Positions 26,146 through 32,000 of a DNA stretch of 32,000 bases are shown one piece after another; position 1 is the first letter of the stretch; every line of letters begins with the position of its first letter. The notes under the pieces were generated by a model. The model was given only the letters and a program-made list of their open reading frames with translations. It searched no databases and had not been told where the DNA came from. Made by a program: the position numbers and the translations under genes. The stretch comes from Clostridium sp. UBA5530 (GTDB lineage Bacteria > Bacillota > Clostridia > Clostridiales > Clostridiaceae), in assembly GCA_002423705.1 (NCBI GenBank), contig DINW01000041.1, positions 1 through 32,000 of the forward strand, written 5' to 3'.

Positions 26146-26655
26146 ATGAAAAATTTAGAAACCAATAGATTAATTATTAGAAGTACTAAAAAAGAAGACA
26201 CTGATTTTTGCTTAGATATATGGTTGGATGATGAAATGGGAAAATATTTATCAGACCCGCCTCGTGAAAAAGCAAGTGAAACTTATATGGAATGGAAAAG
26301 CACTGTAGAAGTTTATGATGGATGTTATTATTTTGTTGCAATTTCAAAAGAAACTGGAAAATATATTGGAACATGCAGTGCTGTACCAAGTCAAGATCAA
26401 GAGCACTGGGATCTAGGATATGGTATTTATAAGGACTATTGGCGTCAAGGTTATGCTACAGAAATGATAAAAGCACTAATTGATTTTTGTCATACTAATG
26501 GTGGGAAAAAGATAACTGCAGATGTGGCAAAAGAAAACATAGGCTCAAATGAAGTGTTGAAAAAGCTTAACTTCTATGTAGAAAAGGAAGGTGCTTTTAA
26601 AAAATCTTGTACTGACATTATATATGATGATTATACATACAGACTTGATTTGTAA
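26146..26655 (+). CDS. GNAT family N-acetyltransferase (RimJ/RimL-like)
   Basis: LETNRLIIRSTKKEDTDF ... GYGIYKDYWRQGYATEMIKALIDF ... ENIGSNEVLKKLNF. Confidence 0.8.
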   Translation: MKNLETNRLIIRSTKKEDTDFCLDIWLDDEMGKYLSDPPREKASETYMEWKSTVEVYDGCYYFVAISKETGKYIGTCSAVPSQDQEHWDLGYGIYKDYWRQGYATEMIKALIDFCHTNGGKKITADVAKENIGSNEVLKKLNFYVEKEGAFKKSCTDIIYDDYTYRLDL

Positions 26656-26671
26656 CAGTATGTCAATTAAT

Positions 26672-26726
26672 AAGGCTATATCAAAACCATGGAAACATGA
26701 AGATTGATACAGCCTTTAATTTTTAT
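26672..26726 (+). terminator. Rho-independent terminator
   Basis: aaggctatatcaa (26672-26684) pairs with ttgatacagcctt (26704-26716), followed by taattttt. Confidence 0.7.
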
Positions 26727-26760
26727 TGTAAAATAATATATTATTAAATATCCCTGAATT

Positions 26761-26778
26761 TTAGTTGAGCTCTATAGT
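26761..26778 (+). repeat. Degenerate fragment of the module B 5' box
   Basis: ttagttgagctctatagt compared with ttagttgaacttatctag. Confidence 0.3.
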
Positions 26779-26876
26779 TAACATAACAAAAATGTAAACT
26801 TAATGAAATGTACTTCAATTGATGATATAGCTAGAATTGTATAAAATGAATTACAAGGAACCAAGTTAAGGTCATT

Positions 26877-26956
26877 GCTTGAACTTATCTAGGGTATTAG
26901 CTGTTGCTATGTCCAATGTGAAGAGGATGAAGTGTTACAGCACATAGGGATTAGAT
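26877..26956 (+). repeat. Module B repeat, copy 5
   Basis: gcttgaacttatctaggg. Hairpin arms lie within 26900-26914 and 26925-26941 (13 bp with a bulge, several G-U). Loop is aatgtgaaga, tail is cataGGGATTAGAT. It ends about 22 nt before ATG 26979. Confidence 0.8.
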
Positions 26957-26978
26957 TAAGAAAAGGGGAGAGTCATAA

Positions 26979-27746
26979 ATGAAGAATATATTAAGTGTAG
27001 AGAAAATTGAGAAGTATTATGGTAGTAAAGAGAATGTTACAAAGGCCATAGATAATATAAGTTTTAAAGTGGATCATGGAGAATTTGTTGGTATAATGGG
27101 ACCTTCAGGAAGTGGAAAAACCACATTGCTTAATTGTATATCCACCATAGACAATGTTACTACAGGGAAAATAACCATAAATAATAATGATATTACCAGA
27201 CTAAAATCAAAGAAATTAGATGAGTTTAGACAAAAGGAATTAGGATTTATATTTCAAGACTTTAACCTGTTAGATACCCTCACAGCCTACGAAAACATTG
27301 CTTTAGCATTGACAATAAAAGGAGAAAGTAGTTCCAACATAGATGAAAAGATAAAGTCAGTGGCTAAATATTTGGACATAGAAGAGGTGTTAAGAAAATA
27401 TCCTTATCAAATGTCGGGAGGACAAAAACAGAGAGTGGCTTCAGCAAGGGCAATAGTAACTGAGCCATCTCTAGTCCTTGCAGATGAACCAACAGGAGCA
27501 TTAGATTCAAAGTCATCTAGATTATTACTAGAAAGATTGGAAAAGCTCAACAAGGATTTGAATACTACAATTCTTATGGTTACTCATGATTCCTTTACAG
27601 CTAGTTATGCTCATAGAATACTCTTTATTAAAGATGGAAAAATTTTTAGTGAGCTAGTTAGGGGAAATGATACTAGAAAGGAATTTTTTAATAAAATTAT
27701 AGAAGTTATAACCCTACTTGGAGGTGATGACAACAATGTATTCTAA
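26979..27746 (+). CDS. ABC transporter ATP-binding protein, BceA/MacB-type
   Basis: Walker A GPSGSGKTT, signature MSGGQKQRVASARA, Walker B LVLADEPTGALD, H-loop VTHD. Confidence 0.9.
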   Translation: MKNILSVEKIEKYYGSKENVTKAIDNISFKVDHGEFVGIMGPSGSGKTTLLNCISTIDNVTTGKITINNNDITRLKSKKLDEFRQKELGFIFQDFNLLDTLTAYENIALALTIKGESSSNIDEKIKSVAKYLDIEEVLRKYPYQMSGGQKQRVASARAIVTEPSLVLADEPTGALDSKSSRLLLERLEKLNKDLNTTILMVTHDSFTASYAHRILFIKDGKIFSELVRGNDTRKEFFNKIIEVITLLGGDDNNVF

Positions 27747-29727
27747 GATAGCTATAGGAAATATAAAAAAGAGCTATAAAGATTATACTATATATTTCTT
27801 AACCCTGATTTTGGCTGTTTGTATATTTTATAGCTTTAACTCTATAGATTCACAACAAGCTCTTACTGGTGTAAAAGCCTTAAAGGCAGAGTATATAGCC
27901 AAGCTCACAGAGATTATTTCCTTGGTATCAGTGTTTGTATCAGTGATATTAGGAGGGTTGATATTATATGCAAATAATTTCTTAATAAAGAAACGTAAAA
28001 AAGAGTTAGGAATATACATGACTCTAGGTATGGGAAAAAGAAAAATATCGAAAATTTTAGTCATAGAGACCCTTATAGTTGGAGCTATATCCTTAATTGC
28101 AGGCATCCTATTAGGAATAGTTGTGTCTCAGGGGTTGTCAGCATTCACATTAAAACTATTTAATGTTGAAATCAGTGAGTATAAATTTGCTATTTCTACA
28201 GGGGCTATAGGCAAAACTATAATATATTTCGGAATAATGTTTTTGCTGGTTATGGTTTTTAATGTGTTTATTATTTCAAAGTATAAAATAATTGATTTAT
28301 TAGCTGCAGGAAGAAAAAATGAAAAGATAAAGTTCAAAAATCCATTTATATATTTAGTTACCTTTGTTTTATGTGTGGCATCCCTAGTATTTACATATAA
28401 GTATATGTTAAAAATAGGGTTAGATACTAGAGACCCTATGTTTAAACCATTGATAATGCTTGTAGTAGCAGGAACTGTACTATTCTTCTTTAGCTTGTCT
28501 GGAGTGATACTATATATAGTAAATAAAAACGAAAACTTATATCTAAAGGGTTTAAACATATTTGTTGTAAAACAGATAAATAGTAAAATAAATACAAATT
28601 TTATATCTATGTCAGTAATATGTTTAATGCTATTTATAACAATGGTTGTATTATCCACAGGAATAAGCTTTAAAAAAGGTTTTGAAGCAGGGCTTGAAAA
28701 GGAAACACCCTTTGATGCAAGTATAATGATTACTAGGAATGATAAACAAGAAAGTTTAGAAAGTATATTAAATAAGATTGACTTTAAGATAAATAGTAAT
28801 GAAGAATACGCAACCTATAATGAGTACCTATCGGGATTAGAGGTTGGGGATTTACTGTCAATTACAAATAAAGAATATGACGACATTGAAGCAAATCTCC
28901 TTAAGATATCTGATTATAACAAGATGCTAAAACTTAGAGGAAAGAAAGACATAAGTTTAGACACCAATGAGGTTTTAATTATGTCTAACTATAATGTATT
29001 GGTTAAGCCTGTAAATGAAAGGCTGAAGAATAACAGGAAGATTAATATGAAGGGCAAAGAATACTCCATAAAAAATGATGAAATAATAGAAGAAAATTTA
29101 TCAAACTATATTATGGCAAATAATCTTTTTACAATAGTAGTAAATGATGAAATCATAGATGGGAATAATAAAATCGCTATTTCAGGAATCAATGTAATGT
29201 ATTCAGATGATAATAGAGAGGAAAACAATAAAAAATATAGTGAAGTAAACAAGAATTTTATAAAAGGTAAATATGAAGATATAGATCCTATTTTTATTCA
29301 TGCTCTGTCAAAGGATGACAGATATATAAATGCAGAGAGCGCAACAACATCTATATTGTTTATTGGGATATATTTAGGACTAGTATTTTTAATAACCAGC
29401 ATGGCTGTACTGGCTCTTCAACAATTATCGGAAGCTAGCGATAGTATTGAAAGATATAGAGCATTGAAAAGAATTGGGGCCAATAAAAAAATGATAGATA
29501 AGACTATATTTACCCAGACTCTTATATATTTTAGTCTACCAGTAATATTAGCATTAGTTCATGCTATTGTGGGTATTACAATGGTTAGTAAAGAAATAAG
29601 TAAGTTTAGTCAAATAGATATTAGATTTTCAGCTTCAATAACAGCCTTAATCTTTGTGGTGATTTATGGAGGATATTTCTATACAACCTATGTTGGATAT
29701 AAAAACATAGTAAAAAATAATATTTAG
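27736..29727 (+). CDS. FtsX-family ABC permease, BceB-type (10 TM with a large extracellular loop)
   Basis: Start MYSKIAIGNIKKSYKDYTIYFLTL after ggagg. Two FtsX-like TM bundles are separated by a ~200-aa hydrophilic domain (aa ~330-540). Overlaps the ATPase gene by 11 nt. Confidence 0.85.
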   Translation: MYSKIAIGNIKKSYKDYTIYFLTLILAVCIFYSFNSIDSQQALTGVKALKAEYIAKLTEIISLVSVFVSVILGGLILYANNFLIKKRKKELGIYMTLGMGKRKISKILVIETLIVGAISLIAGILLGIVVSQGLSAFTLKLFNVEISEYKFAISTGAIGKTIIYFGIMFLLVMVFNVFIISKYKIIDLLAAGRKNEKIKFKNPFIYLVTFVLCVASLVFTYKYMLKIGLDTRDPMFKPLIMLVVAGTVLFFFSLSGVILYIVNKNENLYLKGLNIFVVKQINSKINTNFISMSVICLMLFITMVVLSTGISFKKGFEAGLEKETPFDASIMITRNDKQESLESILNKIDFKINSNEEYATYNEYLSGLEVGDLLSITNKEYDDIEANLLKISDYNKMLKLRGKKDISLDTNEVLIMSNYNVLVKPVNERLKNNRKINMKGKEYSIKNDEIIEENLSNYIMANNLFTIVVNDEIIDGNNKIAISGINVMYSDDNREENNKKYSEVNKNFIKGKYEDIDPIFIHALSKDDRYINAESATTSILFIGIYLGLVFLITSMAVLALQQLSEASDSIERYRALKRIGANKKMIDKTIFTQTLIYFSLPVILALVHAIVGITMVSKEISKFSQIDIRFSASITALIFVVIYGGYFYTTYVGYKNIVKNNI

Positions 29728-29745
29728 TCTTATAATATAGTTATT

Positions 29746-29815
29746 AAGGTTATTAAATTTTGCTGCTCAAAGTTTAATAGCCTTATCTTTATATAATGGT
29801 ATGATTATATAAAGA
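29746..29815 (+). terminator. Two tandem hairpins after the permease gene
   Basis: aaggttattaaa (29746-29757) pairs with tttaatagcctt (29773-29784). atctttatataat (29785-29797) pairs with attatataaagat (29803-29815). Confidence 0.45.
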
Positions 29816-29885
29816 TAGGACTTAAGATAAAGTATGGAGAAATCTCTATTTAAGTTTAACTTTGATTTTAAGAGGGGAGGAAGAA

Positions 29886-30560
29886 GTGGTGAGAAAAATT
29901 ATTATTATTGAAGATGATGAAGTTATGAGAGAAGAATTGCAGAACTTCTTGAAGCGATATGGATACCAAGTAAGTATTCCAACAGAATTTAATAACATAA
30001 TAGAATATATAAAAGGTGAGGAAGGTGACCTTATATTATTAGATATAAATCTTCCAGCCTTCGATGGTTATTATATATGCAGGGAGGTACGCAAAGTATC
30101 AGACATACCAATTATAATAGTTACAAGCAGAGATAGTGAAGTTGATGAATTAATAAGTATGAACTTGGGAGCAGATGATTTTATAACTAAGCCCTATAAT
30201 ACAGAAATATTATTAGCAAGGATAACAAATTTATTGAAGAGAACCTACGGCAATTCAAAGACTAATAATATATTAAATTATAAAGGTATCAATTTAAATC
30301 TTTCAAATGCTACAGTAACCTATAAAACTGAATCTTTGGAGCTAACCAAAAATGAAGTTAAGATACTTTCATATTTAATAAATAATAGAGGAAATATAGT
30401 AAAGAGAGATTCTCTTATGGAACATTTGTGGAAAGCAGACTACTTTGTAGATGACAGTACCTTAAGTGTTAATATTAATAGGTTAAGAAAAAAGCTTGAA
30501 GAGATAGGTATAGAAAATCCAATAGAAACGAGAAGGGGATTAGGGTATATTATGCCATGA
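29886..30560 (+). CDS. OmpR-family response regulator, BceR-like
   Basis: GTG 29886 (or 29889) after gaggggagg. IIIIEDDE...DLILLDINLP...ADDFITKPY. RRGLGYIM. Confidence 0.9.
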   Translation: MVRKIIIIEDDEVMREELQNFLKRYGYQVSIPTEFNNIIEYIKGEEGDLILLDINLPAFDGYYICREVRKVSDIPIIIVTSRDSEVDELISMNLGADDFITKPYNTEILLARITNLLKRTYGNSKTNNILNYKGINLNLSNATVTYKTESLELTKNEVKILSYLINNRGNIVKRDSLMEHLWKADYFVDDSTLSVNINRLRKKLEEIGIENPIETRRGLGYIMP

Positions 30561-31576
30561 GTATAGGAGAATTTATTAAAGATAAGATGATTATAATAGT
30601 ATGCAATATGATTTTATTTATTATATTAGCATCTATAATGGTAGTTATTAACACTGATATTATTGTAATAGTGTTTATGTTTTGCTTGTGGTTTTTTCCT
30701 ATGGGGTCATATATGGCCTTAGAATTTATAAAGTATAAAAATTATTACAATGAAATTGAGGCCATGTTAGAAAAGTTAAATAAAAAATATCTAGTTCCAG
30801 AAATGATAAAAGAAGCAAATTTTGTGGAAGGTGAGAAACTCAATAATATACTAAAGGAAATAAGCAGAGACATGCATGAAAATGTGAAGTATTACAAAGA
30901 TATGCAAGAGGAGTATAGAGAATATATAGAGGCATGGGTCCATGAAATTAAGACTCCAATAGCATCTGCAAAATTAGTCATTGAAAATAACAAAAATGAA
31001 GTCACTGACAAAATAGACCTTCAGCTAGATAGGATTGAGAGATTTGTAGAGCAGGTTCTTTACTACTCCCGCAGCAATAATGTTGGAAAGGACTATATTA
31101 TAAAGCAGATTGATCTTAATAATATAGTTAGAAATGTAATAAAAAGAAATTATAGAGACTTTATTCACAAAAAAATAAAACTAGATATCCAGGATACTAG
31201 TGAAGTAGTATATAGCGATGGAAAGTGGACAGAATTTATACTTAATCAAATAATAGTAAATTCTATAAAGTATTCAAGAGATAAAGAGCCCATGATAAAC
31301 ATCTATTCAATTAAGGAAACTAACTCAGTTATGCTAATTATAGAGGATAATGGAGTTGGGATAAATCATAAGGATATAAATAGAGTTTTTGAAAAAGGAT
31401 TTACTGGAGATAATGGAAGGAAATTTAGTAAAAGTACAGGGATGGGGCTTTATCTGTGCGAAAAGCTTTGTACAAAATTGGGATTAAAAATTGCCATTGA
31501 TTCAGATCCCGAGAAAGGAACTAAGGTAACGTTAATATTCCCGTTATCATCCATGGCCACATTTAGAGATGATTAA
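30557..31576 (+). CDS. Intramembrane-sensing histidine kinase, BceS-like
   Basis: Two N-terminal TM helices with almost no external loop. H-box VHEIKTPIASAKL, N-box NSIKYS, DNGVGI, GMGLYLCEKL. ATGA overlap with the RR gene. Confidence 0.85.
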   Translation: MSIGEFIKDKMIIIVCNMILFIILASIMVVINTDIIVIVFMFCLWFFPMGSYMALEFIKYKNYYNEIEAMLEKLNKKYLVPEMIKEANFVEGEKLNNILKEISRDMHENVKYYKDMQEEYREYIEAWVHEIKTPIASAKLVIENNKNEVTDKIDLQLDRIERFVEQVLYYSRSNNVGKDYIIKQIDLNNIVRNVIKRNYRDFIHKKIKLDIQDTSEVVYSDGKWTEFILNQIIVNSIKYSRDKEPMINIYSIKETNSVMLIIEDNGVGINHKDINRVFEKGFTGDNGRKFSKSTGMGLYLCEKLCTKLGLKIAIDSDPEKGTKVTLIFPLSSMATFRDD

Positions 31577-31597
31577 GAGCAGAGGAGTTTTTGTTTA

Positions 31598-31665
31598 CCT
31601 AGTGTAACACTCCACCATCTTTAGGTTGGAGTGTTACAGCAGGTACCATTCTAGATAAGTTCAAC
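31598..31665 (-). repeat. Module B repeat, copy 6 (inverted orientation)
   Basis: The reverse complement reads gttgaacttatctagaatggtacctgc, then a perfect 12-bp hairpin tgtaacactcca (31603-31614) / tggagtgttaca (31627-31638). The loop in element sense is acctaaagatgg. Confidence 0.8.
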
Positions 31666-31666
31666 T

Positions 31667-31699
31667 GTCCAAACTCCACCCCAATGTTAGTTGAACTTC
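31667..31699 (+). repeat. Partial module A (3' half) plus the first nucleotides of module B, abutting inverted copy 6
   Basis: gtccaaactccaccccaatgttagttgaactt compared with tttgaactccaactaaatattagttgaactt at 20738-20767. Confidence 0.55.
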
Positions 31700-31756
31700 A
31701 TAATAAAGGTGTAGGCAAAAGTTCTTTTTTATATAGTAAAATAGCTAAACCATAAA

Positions 31757-31939
31757 CTATTTCATATAAAATTTGTATATAGCATATCCAATTAGACAGA
31801 GAGTAGCTAGTCCATAAAATATAATAAATATTTTTGAAAATTTACTTGCGGTAACTTCTCTTTTTTTATAATCTTCTCTACTTAATTTTTTACTAGGATA
31901 GACACCTATAATCAGAGAAATAATAATAAGATTTATCAT
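31757..31939 (-). CDS. Hypothetical small membrane protein
   Basis: 60 aa with two hydrophobic segments (MINLIIISLIIGVYP, IFIIFYGLATLCLIGYAIY). No convincing RBS. Confidence 0.3.
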   Translation of the reverse strand: MINLIIISLIIGVYPSKKLSREDYKKREVTASKFSKIFIIFYGLATLCLIGYAIYKFYMK

Positions 31940-32000
31940 GGTCAATAAAGTATCTAGTCTGATAAAACCAGGAGAAATCTCGAAAAACTTTACTTTTAAA

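Noticed and set aside
28128-28658. 176-aa minus-strand ORF inside the BceB-like permease gene, and the 92-aa minus-strand ORF 27828-28106 nearby
   Set aside because: Both are antisense to a well-supported CDS. Their AT-rich, Ile/Asn/Phe/Lys-biased products have no motifs and no RBS, which is typical of shadow ORFs.
1389-31699. Reading the repeats as integron attC sites (GTTGAAC fits GTTRRRY and GTTCAAC fits RYYYAAC), making the region a cassette array
   Set aside because: The 7-mer consensus is very degenerate, and GTTCAAC is simply the reverse complement of GTTGAAC. In module B the hairpin lies downstream of GTTGAAC, not between an R''/R' pair. No intI-like integrase or attI is present in the window. 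I kept this only as one hypothesis within the repeat finding, not as a call.
1389-31699. CRISPR array
   Set aside because: The repeats are 75-120 nt, imperfect, and separated by kilobases of coding sequence, not by regular 25-40 nt spacers. There are no cas genes.
1-32000. Prophage, IS element or integrative element boundaries
   Set aside because: No integrase, transposase, terminase or capsid-like ORF was seen. No tRNA gene or long terminal inverted repeats were seen apart from the short repeat family.

Overview
AT-rich Firmicutes (Clostridia-like) chromosomal segment with an accessory, patchwork character. I call about 30 CDS. They include five GNAT acetyltransferases (one internally deleted), a chloramphenicol-phosphotransferase-like kinase, a SAM methyltransferase, a GyrI-like protein and an HNH endonuclease-like gene. 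There are also three gene remnants: an ABC ATPase tail, the deleted GNAT and a YloV fragment. Other loci are a LysR regulator divergent from a large Fe-S flavoprotein plus orphan hypA, an OmpR/HK two-component system preceded by two paralogous UBA-like membrane proteins, and a Bce-type ABC transporter with its own RR/HK. Two cis-regulatory RNAs are clear. A Met-specifier T-box sits ahead of a divergent MetRS-like gene. A cobalamin riboswitch sits ahead of a 1063-aa secreted, SPxTG-anchored multidomain beta-propeller protein. The most unusual signal is a bipartite intergenic repeat family (module A + module B). It has at least 6 full and at least 5 partial copies in 32 kb. Its core hairpin keeps pairing through compensatory changes and G-U wobbles, and it often lies directly in front of a ribosome-binding site. 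I cannot assign it to a known RNA or mobile-element family. I saw no tRNA, rRNA, CRISPR array, transposase or integrase. All protein family calls come from motif recognition by eye, not database searches.
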